In this document: one piece after another, positions 8,005-17,069 of the stretch
Layout: each line of letters opens with the position of its first letter
How positions within the stretch are numbered: position 1 is the stretch's first letter
Source of the DNA: an uncultured Methanosarcinales archaeon
GTDB lineage: Archaea; Nanobdellota; Nanobdellia; Woesearchaeales; DATDXC01
NCBI GenBank assembly: GCA_964510025.1
Contig: CAZDZV010000006.1
Location: 11,143 to 75,142, forward strand
Length of the DNA: 64,000 nt
Direction of reading: 5' to 3'
Made by a program: the position numbers and the translations under genes
The notes under the pieces: model-generated
Databases searched by the model: none
Seen by the model: only the letters and a program-made list of their open reading frames with translations
What the model was told of the DNA's origin: nothing

Positions 8005-9669
8005 ATGAAAAAAGGAACTGTACTGCTACTAATCTTGATAGTAAGCTCTTTTGCTAGCTTGGCAGATGAAGTCCTCATAAATTCCAAAGACTGGAAAGAT
8101 GTATACTCGGGCATGCAGTACGGATTTCTTTCCGGCAAAACGCCAAAATTCATAACAGGAGAAAAGCATGCCACCGTAATACTTAATGAGATCCGAAAGC
8201 AGGGCAACTTCATTGAGGTATACAGCTCACGGGACAAGCCTTTTATTATCGGTTATGAGTCGCTGCTTCTGTCAGAAGGCTATGATGCAGCCGAGACTAC
8301 ATCAAGATCATTGAGTATAGAACTCGCAAAAAAGCTTACGAATGTCACACGATTCATAATCATAGACGATTCCTACGGCTATAATGCAGTCGCAGCTTCT
8401 CCTTATGCGATGGTCACAGATGCGTATGTTCTTTTTGCAGACCGTAGCAACATTGGAGAGATTGTCAATTTCCTCGAAAGCCGTACTGTATCTTATCTAA
8501 TGATCTACGGGCACGTGGATAGGGAAGTCAGGGAAAGGCTTGCGAAGTTTAATCCTGAAGTGATAAACAATGACGGCGACAGGTTTGAGAATAATATTGA
8601 CATTGTAGAAAAATACAAGGAAGTTGAATCTACCAGGCAGGTTATCCTTACAAACGGTGAGTTCCTGGAAGGGGAGATACTGTCTGGAAACTTCCCGGTG
8701 CTGTTCATAGGGCAGAACAATGTGCCTGAAAAGATAAGGGAATATATCGTCAATAGTGATATAGAGGTCGGTGTCCTGATAGGGAACGATCTTGTTGGCA
8801 CAGCGAGCGTGGTAAGGAGACAGACAGGCATCAGCACATTTGTTAAATTTGCAAGGTCAGCCAGGCAACCACAGGGTGCAATCTCCCAGGTTGAGGGCCT
8901 GGACATATTCAGGGTTCCCAGATATGAGCTAAGCCTGAGCATCGATTCAGTAAGGTATAATGCAGCCGCAAGGCAGCTTGAGGTTTCGATAAAGAATGAT
9001 GTGGACCTTTCGACGTATCTGAGGGGGACATACACTCTCACCAGCGGAGACCAGGAGCAGACTGTAGGGGATGTCGATCCTGTTTTCTTGGAAGGCCAAG
9101 ATACAAAGACAGTTGTCTATGATATTGATCCGATAGCTGGTGAAGAGGACATAACAGCAAGAGTTTTCATAATCTATGGGGAATCCAAAGGTTCTCTAGA
9201 AAGGATATTGGAAGGGACCTACCCTGTAGACAGGATAGATGTGCTTGATGACACCTCTGTCACCATACAAAAAGTAGTCTACAACAAAGGGAACGACAAG
9301 TTCCATATCTATCTCACAAATGCTGGGGATATACCAGCTTACGCAGATACCGAGATCATAGACCTCCTTATAATAGATGAAAGGCAGACTTTTGGCTCAG
9401 ATGAAGTGATAAAGATAATGCCTGGAAGAACCAGGGCTTCTACAATTAAGGTTGAGCTGGCAGATGAGGACTTGGAGAACAATGAGATAGTGAGAGCCAG
9501 AGCTTATTACGGCCAGAGGGAGGATGCTCTTGTCAAGATCGTTGAAGGTGATTTTGAGCTGGTTATAAAAGCCTTTGATATAATGACATACTTGCCAGTA
9601 GCCCTCATCCTAGTGCTACTAATCTTGATATTGCTGGCCAGAAAGAAAAAGAAGAAAAAGAAATTCTAA
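8005..9669 (+). CDS. secreted, C-terminally anchored envelope protein (cell-wall-binding-repeat-2-like N-terminal region)
   Basis: 554-aa ORF. Leader MKKGTVLLLILIVSSFASLA. YGYNAVAASPYAMVTDAYVLFADRSN...LMIYGHVDREV resembles CW_binding_2 modules (low certainty). C-terminal TM YLPVALILVLLILILLA followed by KKKKKKKKF. Confidence 0.6.
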   Translation: MKKGTVLLLILIVSSFASLADEVLINSKDWKDVYSGMQYGFLSGKTPKFITGEKHATVILNEIRKQGNFIEVYSSRDKPFIIGYESLLLSEGYDAAETTSRSLSIELAKKLTNVTRFIIIDDSYGYNAVAASPYAMVTDAYVLFADRSNIGEIVNFLESRTVSYLMIYGHVDREVRERLAKFNPEVINNDGDRFENNIDIVEKYKEVESTRQVILTNGEFLEGEILSGNFPVLFIGQNNVPEKIREYIVNSDIEVGVLIGNDLVGTASVVRRQTGISTFVKFARSARQPQGAISQVEGLDIFRVPRYELSLSIDSVRYNAAARQLEVSIKNDVDLSTYLRGTYTLTSGDQEQTVGDVDPVFLEGQDTKTVVYDIDPIAGEEDITARVFIIYGESKGSLERILEGTYPVDRIDVLDDTSVTIQKVVYNKGNDKFHIYLTNAGDIPAYADTEIIDLLIIDERQTFGSDEVIKIMPGRTRASTIKVELADEDLENNEIVRARAYYGQREDALVKIVEGDFELVIKAFDIMTYLPVALILVLLILILLARKKKKKKKF

Positions 9670-9719
9670 AAAGGTAAACTATTTAAACATATCAGCAACT
9701 TTAGAGGTAGGTGAAGACT

Positions 9720-9986
9720 ATGGCAAAGAAAAAGAAAGAAAACGCCCCCCAGAGTGTTAGCAAAGAGGAGCAGATCGGTTTTCATAAGGGCGCTTTATCC
9801 ACATTAGCTAAAGAAAGGGAAGAGATGATGAGGATATTGCAGATTGTTGAGCAGCTTATGCAGATGCACATTAAAGGGTTGAAGGATTTGGGAATAGACT
9901 TAGAGGCAGCTGCAAAAAAAAACCAGAAACAGTCTGAAAAGAAGCCAAAGGAGCCTAAGAAACCCATAGAGGATATGCTTAGATGA
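9720..9986 (+). CDS. small basic coiled-coil protein, unknown function
   Basis: ATG 9720 follows gaggtaggtga; the ORF track starts at GTG 9711. 88 aa, Lys-rich at both ends. ATGA overlap with the next gene. Confidence 0.4.
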   Translation: MAKKKKENAPQSVSKEEQIGFHKGALSTLAKEREEMMRILQIVEQLMQMHIKGLKDLGIDLEAAAKKNQKQSEKKPKEPKKPIEDMLR

Positions 9987-10378
9987 TTTTTTATGCATTT
10001 GGCCATCCAAAAATTAGCGCTAAGCATAGGACCACCCTGGAGTTCACCAAAAGCCCAAGCCTGACAAAAGCAGGAGACTGTATTCTTGGGGTAAATTCTG
10101 ATTTTGACCCAGATAGCTTAATAAGATTCATCCAGAACAGAAAAATCCTAAGCATGGCTATATCTGCTGGCCAGATATCTGATGAGCTTACTTTCACCGT
10201 AAACCCAGGTTTTAGAAGCAGAGAAGAGCTGGTAATAAGGAAAAGTGATTTTATCTCAGAACGGACCTTAGGCACCAATGCCGATAAAGCCTGCACCGAT
10301 ATAAACAGGGATTTGATCAAAAAATTAAGGAATAAAGAAAAAATCAAGATACAGCTGTATGAAAAAGACGCTAAGTAA
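9983..10378 (+). CDS. DUF371-family archaeal protein
   Basis: 131 aa. N-terminal FGHPKISAKHRTTLEFTKSPSLTKAGDCILGV matches the DUF371 signature as I recall it (GH.N..A.H.TT.E.T....LT..GDCI.GV). Confidence 0.6.
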   Translation: MIFYAFGHPKISAKHRTTLEFTKSPSLTKAGDCILGVNSDFDPDSLIRFIQNRKILSMAISAGQISDELTFTVNPGFRSREELVIRKSDFISERTLGTNADKACTDINRDLIKKLRNKEKIKIQLYEKDAK

Positions 10379-10811
10379 AAAAGATAAAAAAGAGATAAAT
10401 GAGAGGATAAGACAGTACAATTACCAGATAGACAAGAAACAGAAAGCTGATATTCTAGATGACAGGATCCTGGTCGAAGATGAGGCTTTGCTCTTTCGCA
10501 AAGACAGCGATATTTACCCCACCTTAAGGCTGATCCTCAAACAGGATACAAAGCTGAAGAAGATTACAGTGGATATGGGCGCTATCAGGTTTATCGCAGA
10601 TGGTGCAGATATCATGCGTCCCGGAATCGTGCATATTGAACCAGGAATCCAGAAAGGGGATCCTGTCGTTATAGTGGACATCGAACATGAGAAGCCATTT
10701 GCGCTTGGGATCTCTCTTCATAGTTCAGAGGATATGCAGAAAACGCAATCCGGAAAAGCGATCAAAAATATCCATTATGTGGGAGACGATATCTGGAACA
10801 CTAGTCACTAG
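10359..10811 (+). CDS. PUA-domain RNA-binding protein (MCT-1/Tma20-like)
   Basis: 150 aa. KKITVDMGAIRFIADGADIMRPGIVHIEPGIQKGDPVVIVDIEHEKPFALGISL is a typical PUA domain. Confidence 0.7.
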   Translation: MKKTLSKKDKKEINERIRQYNYQIDKKQKADILDDRILVEDEALLFRKDSDIYPTLRLILKQDTKLKKITVDMGAIRFIADGADIMRPGIVHIEPGIQKGDPVVIVDIEHEKPFALGISLHSSEDMQKTQSGKAIKNIHYVGDDIWNTSH

Positions 10812-11262
10812 CTTTTATTCTTCTTGTTTTGGGGACATAGTTCAGCAGTTTATCTCCCGCAATCTTGCCGCACCCTAGGAAGTCATCCTTGTTTCTAACC
10901 AGCACGAATCCTGTCAGGCTGCCTTTATATTCCAGGTCATAGCCTTTGAGCCATTCTCGGGACTTTTTCTCATCCAGTTCAAGAATATTTTTGCATGCGC
11001 ATGGGCCTATGAGCTGGCTTCCTTCTATGCTAAGCCTTACCTGATCTTCTCTAAGTTCTGCGATATATAGTCCATAAGAATTTACTCTTAGTTTAGACAG
11101 ATCAATTTTTTTTACGTCCTCATTCACGATATATATCTTGTCCTTCTGGCTCAGCAGGAAGACATAATCAAGATCCTCCTCGAAGCCAAATTGCCTCCTG
11201 AATATCCCTAGAATGCCCTGTTTTTCCTTGTTGTTGAGTATCTTAAGCTTCATATTCCCCAT
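10801..11262 (-). CDS. Nip7-like ribosome-biogenesis protein with C-terminal PUA-like domain
   Basis: 153 aa. YGLYIAELREDQVRLSIEGSQLIG ... GFVLVRNKDDFLGCGK pattern. Overlaps the aIF5B stop, so it is probably co-transcribed. Confidence 0.55.
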   Translation of the reverse strand: MGNMKLKILNNKEKQGILGIFRRQFGFEEDLDYVFLLSQKDKIYIVNEDVKKIDLSKLRVNSYGLYIAELREDQVRLSIEGSQLIGPCACKNILELDEKKSREWLKGYDLEYKGSLTGFVLVRNKDDFLGCGKIAGDKLLNYVPKTRRIKASD

Positions 11263-13007
11263 ACAGGATTGTTCTTTCTCTTCATCTGCGAGATTTCCTT
11301 CAGCAGCTCGATCTCTTCCTTGGACAAGTACTGCTTCAGCTCCTTCATCTTTCTGAAATCGTCTTCAGGTATGTCTGAATAGAGGATATCCCCCTCATTG
11401 ATCTGCCTTCCTACTGTAACTCCGTCCACAGATATGGCTATCTGCTGGTTCCTCTCTGCCACCCTTATGTTTTCCTGGTCTTTCTGCATGGCTTTTATCT
11501 CTCCGATGGTCCGCCCGTCCTCTTTCATTATGGGGGTGCCTATTCTAAGCTTGCCCGCTATGATATCTACCCCGCATATTGCTGGGTTGGACTGTCTGAA
11601 TACATAGCCTTTCATCAGCTGTAGCTTGGCAGGCCTTACCAGCTCATCAAGCTGTCCGGCCTCTAATCTTGTCTTTTCTTGCTGCTGCCATTTTTCTAGA
11701 TCTTCGATAAGCTTGTAGATTACGTCATTTGTGATTACCTTTACATTCTCCTTGCATATTCCTGAACTGTCTTCGACATTAAAGCCGAGCACGACAGAAT
11801 ACAGCGGATTTGACTCATAATTCGCCTCAGCATCTGCAAGCTCTTTTTTCTTAATAGTGCCGATGGTGGCCTTTTTTATCGGAACATCTTTGTCCCTTAG
11901 CAGTTTTATCAGCGCTTCCAGGGATCCCAGAGTATCTGCCTTGATGACAACCCCTTCCTTGTCTGTTTCAATGACAACCTCCTCAATTTCTTTTTGGACC
12001 TCCTCTTTTGCTTTATCTATGTTATCCGAAGCAGCTCTTATCGGCATTCCGGCTACTACAGCCTCCACACCAGGCGCAATTATCCTTACACCTGTAGCAG
12101 CGACCACCTCCTTCACAGGCTTGAACCTGCTTTTCCTGTCCCTCATCTCAGCCAGTGCTGCTGGCTCAAAAAGCCCCCTTACCTTGGTCACTATAGGTTC
12201 ACCCAGCGACCCGATAACGATAGTATCGTTCTTCTTCAGCGTTCCATCGTAGATTATGACATCCAGACAGGTGCCAAGCCCTTTCTGCTCTTTTACTTCC
12301 ATTATAGTGCCTTTTGCTTTGCCGCTGACATCGCACTTAAGGCAGCTCTCCAGAAATTTCTGTGCCAGTCCTGTGAGGACCATCAGAAGCTCAGCTATAC
12401 CTTCGCCTGTGTGCGCTGATGTAGGCACTATGGCTATCTGCTTGGTATAGTCATCAATCCTATCAAACCTTTCTGAGTTGAATCCAAGCTCAGATAATTT
12501 CCCCACAAGAGTGTAGATCTTGTTGTCCAGCTGCTGACGCACAGACTCTGCCTGGCTGCCTATGTTTTCAATCAAAAAATCCTTTTTTTTCTGCCAACCC
12601 GAAACAAGGTCAATCTTGTTCGCGGCGATGACAAAGGGGGTCTTATAGTTCTTCAATATCTCAATGGATTCCATTGTCTGGGGCTTGACGCCTTCATTGA
12701 TATCTACAACTAAGATAGCAATATCTGCCAGATTTCCCCCTCTTTTTCGAAGATTTGTAAAAGCTGCATGCCCCGGCGTATCGATAAACAGCAATCCCGG
12801 GATAGTAAGCTCCATCTTTAGCGAGGTCAGCAGTTTTCCGCAGATCTTTCTTATAACGTCCAAAGGGATTATGGAAGCGCCAATAGCCTGTGTGATTGCT
12901 CCTGCCTCTGCTTTTACAATAGCTGTCCCCCTGATCTGATCAAGGATGCTTGATTTTCCGTTGTCTACATGGCCCAATGTGGTGCATATTAAGCTTCTTG
13001 TTACCAT
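11250..13007 (-). CDS. infB: translation initiation factor aIF5B
   Basis: 585 aa. GTPase motifs GHVDNGKSS (G1), DTPGH (G3) and NKID (G4), with colinear domain II-IV length typical of aIF5B. Confidence 0.9.
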   Translation of the reverse strand: MVTRSLICTTLGHVDNGKSSILDQIRGTAIVKAEAGAITQAIGASIIPLDVIRKICGKLLTSLKMELTIPGLLFIDTPGHAAFTNLRKRGGNLADIAILVVDINEGVKPQTMESIEILKNYKTPFVIAANKIDLVSGWQKKKDFLIENIGSQAESVRQQLDNKIYTLVGKLSELGFNSERFDRIDDYTKQIAIVPTSAHTGEGIAELLMVLTGLAQKFLESCLKCDVSGKAKGTIMEVKEQKGLGTCLDVIIYDGTLKKNDTIVIGSLGEPIVTKVRGLFEPAALAEMRDRKSRFKPVKEVVAATGVRIIAPGVEAVVAGMPIRAASDNIDKAKEEVQKEIEEVVIETDKEGVVIKADTLGSLEALIKLLRDKDVPIKKATIGTIKKKELADAEANYESNPLYSVVLGFNVEDSSGICKENVKVITNDVIYKLIEDLEKWQQQEKTRLEAGQLDELVRPAKLQLMKGYVFRQSNPAICGVDIIAGKLRIGTPIMKEDGRTIGEIKAMQKDQENIRVAERNQQIAISVDGVTVGRQINEGDILYSDIPEDDFRKMKELKQYLSKEEIELLKEISQMKRKNNPVWGI

Positions 13008-13103
13008 GATTTTTGGATTTTTTGGTTGTTTTTAAATGTTGCTACTTTTTCCGAACATAAATCATTATATATTCAGATGCATTCGAAATATAGAGTGGTT
13101 TGC

Positions 13104-13454
13104 ATGCATTGGAAGCAGATAGCTCTTTTGGTTATGTTCGGGGTTGTAGGTGTTAATTTACTTGGAAGATCCTATATCCCCCCATTGGAAGCTGGCCAGG
13201 AGATGGAAATGTTTTTTACAGTGCGCAATCCGACAAAGTATGATCTTGAGGATCTAAATGTCAAGGTGCACATCTATGATCTAGGGTTGACGCTTTTTTC
13301 AAATGAATTTCACTTAAATGACGAAACGCATAAGCTTGTCAGGATCAGCTGGATAGCACCCTCAAGGCTTGGCAAAGGCAGCTACCTTGCTAGAATTTCC
13401 GTTGGAAATGACCATCTTAAGGATATAAACCATGTCTCCCTTACTGCAAATTGA
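13104..13454 (+). CDS. small secreted/membrane-anchored beta-sandwich-like protein
   Basis: ORF track starts at TTG 13026. ATG 13104 gives MHWKQIALLVMFGVVGVNLLG (signal/anchor) followed by about 95 aa. No family recognised. Confidence 0.35.
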   Translation: MHWKQIALLVMFGVVGVNLLGRSYIPPLEAGQEMEMFFTVRNPTKYDLEDLNVKVHIYDLGLTLFSNEFHLNDETHKLVRISWIAPSRLGKGSYLARISVGNDHLKDINHVSLTAN

Positions 13455-13489
13455 AAAGTTTTTTATTGTGATTTCTTTTTCTGGTTTTT

Positions 13490-14488
13490 ATGCAGGAAGG
13501 AAAGGCAAAGATCTCCTATAAGCCTGGAAAGATAAGCAAAGCAATGGAAGTGTTCTATAACCCTGTTATGAGACTAAATAGGGACATAACCATTTTGCTG
13601 CTTAGCTGCATCAAAGAAAGCAACCTTGCTGTCGCAGACCCCTTGGCAGGAACAGGAATACGGAGTATAAGGCTCATGTTGGAGCTGAAAAGAAAGATCA
13701 AAAGCATCTTTATAAATGATAATTCAGAAAAAGCTGTAAGATGCATAAGAAAAAACCTTAAAATAAATAAAATTAAGGAGGGTGTGGTTGTGTCAAACCA
13801 GGACGCAAACCTTTTTCTGCTGAATTCACAAGGATTTGACTTTATTGATATAGACCCCTTCGGAACGCCTAACCCTTATCTTGATTCGGCAGTTAAGAGA
13901 ATATCAAGAAAAGGCATCATGGCTGTGACTGCAACTGATACCTCAGCTCTTGCAGGGACATACCCCAAGGCATGCCTTAGAAAATATTGGGCGCATCCCT
14001 TGAGAAATGAGCTTATGCATGAGGTTGGCATTAGGATACTGATAAGAAAAGTGCAGCTGGTTGGCGCCCAGTATGATAAGGCCATGATACCTATTTTCTC
14101 CTATTCCAAGGACCATTATATGAGGATATTTCTTCGGTGCAATAAAGGAAAGGGCCACGTGGATAGCCTTCTTAGTGAGCATGGACTCTTCAGAAAGGCA
14201 GGGCCATTGTGGCTTGGTAAGCTTTGGGACAGCAGGCTGGCATCAAAGATGTACAGGAACAATAGTGTTGATGAAAATAAGAGGTTCCTTGGGATAATCA
14301 AAGACGAGAGCAGAATTGACACTGTTGGATTCATTGATACCCATAGGATCGCTAAGCAGGTACCTAGGAAATCAGAGATGATCAATAAGATAAAGGGCCT
14401 TGGCTTCAAAGCTTCTGAAACACATTTTAGCGATACAGGGATAAGGACAGATATCGATTTTGACAGGATTATCCAACTGCTCTCCTGA
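13490..14488 (+). CDS. trm1: tRNA (guanine26-N2)-dimethyltransferase Trm1
   Basis: 332 aa. VFYNPVMRLNRDITILLL, DPLAGTGIRSIR (SAM motif) and DIDPFGTP. Confidence 0.85.
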   Translation: MQEGKAKISYKPGKISKAMEVFYNPVMRLNRDITILLLSCIKESNLAVADPLAGTGIRSIRLMLELKRKIKSIFINDNSEKAVRCIRKNLKINKIKEGVVVSNQDANLFLLNSQGFDFIDIDPFGTPNPYLDSAVKRISRKGIMAVTATDTSALAGTYPKACLRKYWAHPLRNELMHEVGIRILIRKVQLVGAQYDKAMIPIFSYSKDHYMRIFLRCNKGKGHVDSLLSEHGLFRKAGPLWLGKLWDSRLASKMYRNNSVDENKRFLGIIKDESRIDTVGFIDTHRIAKQVPRKSEMINKIKGLGFKASETHFSDTGIRTDIDFDRIIQLLS

Positions 14489-14747
14489 CATCGATAATCT
14501 CTGCAGAATTAACTCCCTCTAAATCTGAGATCTGTTCTGCAACAGGGTCGGGGCTTCCTTTCTGCTCATCCATCACAAAGAAAATCTTCAAAGCCTTAAG
14601 ACCGAAAGCAACCGGTTCTATCTCTGTTTTTGTCTCCCCTTCACCTGCAAATTCAGCAATCTTGGCCTTTGCTTTGGTCTCAACCTTAGAAAGATCGATT
14701 TCAGGTGACTGGGGCATTATCTTGACAGTTACAATCGCATTTGCCAT
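14469..14747 (-). CDS. ef1b: elongation factor aEF-1beta
   Basis: 92 aa. The MANAIVTVKIMPQSPEIDL... layout and size are typical of archaeal EF-1beta. Confidence 0.8.
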   Translation of the reverse strand: MANAIVTVKIMPQSPEIDLSKVETKAKAKIAEFAGEGETKTEIEPVAFGLKALKIFFVMDEQKGSPDPVAEQISDLEGVNSAEIIDVRRAVG

Positions 14748-14748
14748 C

Positions 14749-14916
14749 TTAGTTCGGACCAGTAAAGCCGCAAGAAGGGCATGTATATTTAGCAGATATG
14801 GATCTGCAGTGCTTGCACCTTATTACCTCATGCTTGCCGCATTTAGGGCAGGGAAACCTTGCTGTGCCTTCAAGATTGGTGATTCTCACCCTGCATGAAG
14901 AGCATTTTAATTCCAT
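14749..14916 (-). CDS. small double zinc-finger protein (DUF1610 / HVO_2753-like), below the ORF-track size cut-off
   Basis: My own translation gives MELKCSSCRVRITNLEGTARFPCPKCGKHEVIRCKHCRSISAKYTCPSCGFTGPN (55 aa). Four CxxC pairs. The stop lies 1 nt before the aEF-1beta start, which is the classical archaeal gene pair. Confidence 0.75.
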   Translation of the reverse strand: MELKCSSCRVRITNLEGTARFPCPKCGKHEVIRCKHCRSISAKYTCPSCGFTGPN

Positions 14917-14939
14917 GATGCTTAGGACTCTGCCTCGCT

Positions 14940-15980
14940 TTAAAAAGGTTTTGTTTCGATAATATTTTCTTTTACAGAAATCTTTCTTCCCAAAAACCTT
15001 TCACAGACATATATGTTGGTAAGGGTATGGTCTGATACCTGTGATACCTTTATCCTTTGGCCTTTTAATGCCAAAAAAGGGATTAGGTTGTCTGCAAGAT
15101 GCTGATCAACCGGAGCTTTGCTCTCAATTTCTTTCAATAGCATCTCTGCAGCTTCCTTACCCACATCTTCAGCTCTCTTTCCCTTTTCACCCAGGGAATC
15201 TGACCCTATCCTGACAGGATTTTCATAGTCTATCTCTTCAGCATCTTTTGAGAAGATAGCCCATAGTGTGATGCCAGAGCCTGTAGACTCAGTGTTGCAG
15301 TATTCCGCCCTTATCTCCACAGGACATGACAGCTTGCTGAGCAGAAGCTTCGCAGTTCTTGCCTGCCTTTCGGCGACCTGTGCTTTTTGCAGTTCAAGCG
15401 AAGCATGAGATATGCCTTTTATCTGTATTAGCCTGCCCTGCTCTACTAGATCTATCTTTTTGTCTGACTCTTTTGGTTTTATCTTGAGGTCTATCCTGCC
15501 GCCTCCTTTCGGATAATACCCGCGTCTTATGATGCGGGAATCAATCGCTGCATATTTCAGCAGATGCACCAAAAAAACATTCTTGAAATAATCAAAAGGA
15601 ATGGCCCATCTTGTATCTGTGCCCCCGGTTATCTTGAGCCTGGATGGTCTTTTGGCTAGCACCAATGGCAGCACTATCGACTGGAGCAGAAGGCTTACCG
15701 AACCTGCAGTGCCGATATCAATAGACAAGTTTTGCGGCTTTATCGCCCCCGGTATATACCTTAATTTCAGGGACCCTACTTCTCCTCCCCCTGCCTTGGC
15801 TCCGGCAAGCATTTCAAGGGCTTTTATGCAATGGCTGTGCTGGGCCTTTAGCCCCGGGTTGGCCCTGCCCTGCCTTATGTTCTTTATCTCAAATGGTTTT
15901 CCGGTCATCGTAGACAATGCCAGCGCAGTCCTTACGATCTGCCCGCCTCCTTCGCCATAGCTGCCGTCTATTTCAATCAT
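14940..15980 (-). CDS. rtcA: RNA 3'-terminal phosphate cyclase
   Basis: MIEIDGSYGEGGGQIVRTALALS...NPGLKAQH. I place the start at ATG 15980; the ORF track extends to TTG 16019. A TTTAAA box lies about 25 nt upstream, which is a leaderless-type arrangement. Confidence 0.85.
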   Translation of the reverse strand: MIEIDGSYGEGGGQIVRTALALSTMTGKPFEIKNIRQGRANPGLKAQHSHCIKALEMLAGAKAGGGEVGSLKLRYIPGAIKPQNLSIDIGTAGSVSLLLQSIVLPLVLAKRPSRLKITGGTDTRWAIPFDYFKNVFLVHLLKYAAIDSRIIRRGYYPKGGGRIDLKIKPKESDKKIDLVEQGRLIQIKGISHASLELQKAQVAERQARTAKLLLSKLSCPVEIRAEYCNTESTGSGITLWAIFSKDAEEIDYENPVRIGSDSLGEKGKRAEDVGKEAAEMLLKEIESKAPVDQHLADNLIPFLALKGQRIKVSQVSDHTLTNIYVCERFLGRKISVKENIIETKPF

Positions 15981-16152
15981 GCGAATATAGAATTGATAAG
16001 GATTTAAATATCTTGCCAATAAAAAAAATAAGAAAAAATAAAAAAAATCTATGTGAGGAACTTTGGTTCTCTCACCTCAGATAGCCAAATTTAGGTGTTA
16101 ATAGCTTAAAAAGCGTAGTTTATTTATAAATACGCTTATATTTGCCAAAATT

Positions 16153-16214
16153 TAAAGCTTTATATAGCCTCCTAAAGCTTTATAAAAGATAATTTAGCCC
16201 TTTAAAACTTTATA
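16153..16214. promoter_or_regulatory. three copies of palindromic BRE/TATA-like element TAAA(G/A)CTTTATA
   Basis: Copies at 16153-16164, 16173-16184 and 16203-16214. The core TAAAGCTTTA is its own reverse complement. Related AAA(G/A)(C/T)TTTATA boxes precede several genes here (16943, 50300s, 7410s). Confidence 0.45.
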
Positions 16215-16286
16215 TATGCATTATTGACCTATATCTCTTAAGCAATATTAGAAATCTTTTTAAAGAGTAGTCAGTTAGTAGAATCC

Positions 16287-16934
16287 ATGAAGAGAATAGC
16301 TGTTTTGGCGATGCTCATATTACTCTCGCAAATGTCTTTTGGCGCTATTCTTCATGGCACAATATACGACACGAAGTTCAATAAGCTAAACGATGTTATA
16401 GTTGAGATAAATTCAACTCCCCCCCAGATCTTTGTTTCTAAAGAAGGGCAATATTCTTTTGTTCTTGACCCAGGACCATATAAGATCACCGCTAAATACC
16501 AGCTCAGTGATGCAAACTACCTTTATTCAGAGTCAAACGTGACAATCGCCAGGAATGGCTACTTTCTGGTAGACCTGTTCCTTAGGCCTGCCAGGAAGAT
16601 TGAAATGCCGACAGGAGCTGTTGTCGGAACCAACGTATTCCTAAATTATTCGATACTCGCATCGGTTAGCGTAACTCTGCTTATAATTTTGGGATTCTCA
16701 GTCTACAAGCTTCGTTCCAGCAATCCTCAAGCCCCTGAATTTGATGACTATACAAACAAGGTCCTTAATGCTGTCAGGGAAGAGGGAGGTAGGACCACCC
16801 AGAAGGACATAAGGAAAAAGATAGCATTGTCTGAAGGAAAGATAAGCCTCATAATATCTGATTTAGAGAACAAAGGGATATTGAAGAGGATCAAAAAAGG
16901 AAGGGGAAACATCATTATCTTAAGCAAGAGATAG
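16287..16934 (+). CDS. membrane protein: extracellular carboxypeptidase-regulatory-like domain, TM, cytoplasmic winged-helix domain
   Basis: 215 aa. Leader MKRIAVLAMLILLSQMSFGA. HGTIYDT...VSKEGQYSFVLDPGPYKITAKY. TM ILASVSVTLLIILGFSVY. C-terminal wHTH TTQKDIRKKIALSEGKISLIISDLENKGILKRIKKGRGNII. Confidence 0.6.
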   Translation: MKRIAVLAMLILLSQMSFGAILHGTIYDTKFNKLNDVIVEINSTPPQIFVSKEGQYSFVLDPGPYKITAKYQLSDANYLYSESNVTIARNGYFLVDLFLRPARKIEMPTGAVVGTNVFLNYSILASVSVTLLIILGFSVYKLRSSNPQAPEFDDYTNKVLNAVREEGGRTTQKDIRKKIALSEGKISLIISDLENKGILKRIKKGRGNIIILSKR

Positions 16935-16942
16935 TTCTATAG

Positions 16943-16955
16943 AAAAGTTTATAAA
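16943..16955 (+). promoter_or_regulatory. BRE/TATA-like box AAAAGTTTATAAA upstream of the ParB-like gene
   Basis: Matches the recurrent A-rich/TTTATA promoter pattern seen upstream of other genes in this window. About 115 nt before ATG 17070. Confidence 0.4.
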
Positions 16956-16991
16956 CAATCTAAGCTAGAGCACTTCAGAAGGGGGTTGTTT

Positions 16992-17053
16992 AATATTGTT
17001 CAACCATTTAACAATATTCAACCATTTTACAATTAAACCACAGATTTATGGTT
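16992..17053. promoter_or_regulatory. repeat cluster in the leader of the ParB-like gene (candidate parS/operator)
   Basis: Inverted repeat AATATTGTT (16992-17000) / AACAATATT (17010-17018). Direct 11-mer TTCAACCATTT at 16999 and 17017. AACCA (17036) -N8- TGGTT (17049). Confidence 0.5.
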
Positions 17054-17069
17054 AAAAAAGTGGGTTTTT

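Noticed and set aside
12940-12975. Unusual aIF5B G1 motif GHVDNGKSS instead of the common GHVDHGKTT.
   Set aside because: GK(S/T) is an allowed P-loop variant and the remaining GTPase motifs are intact. This is probably lineage variation, not loss of function.
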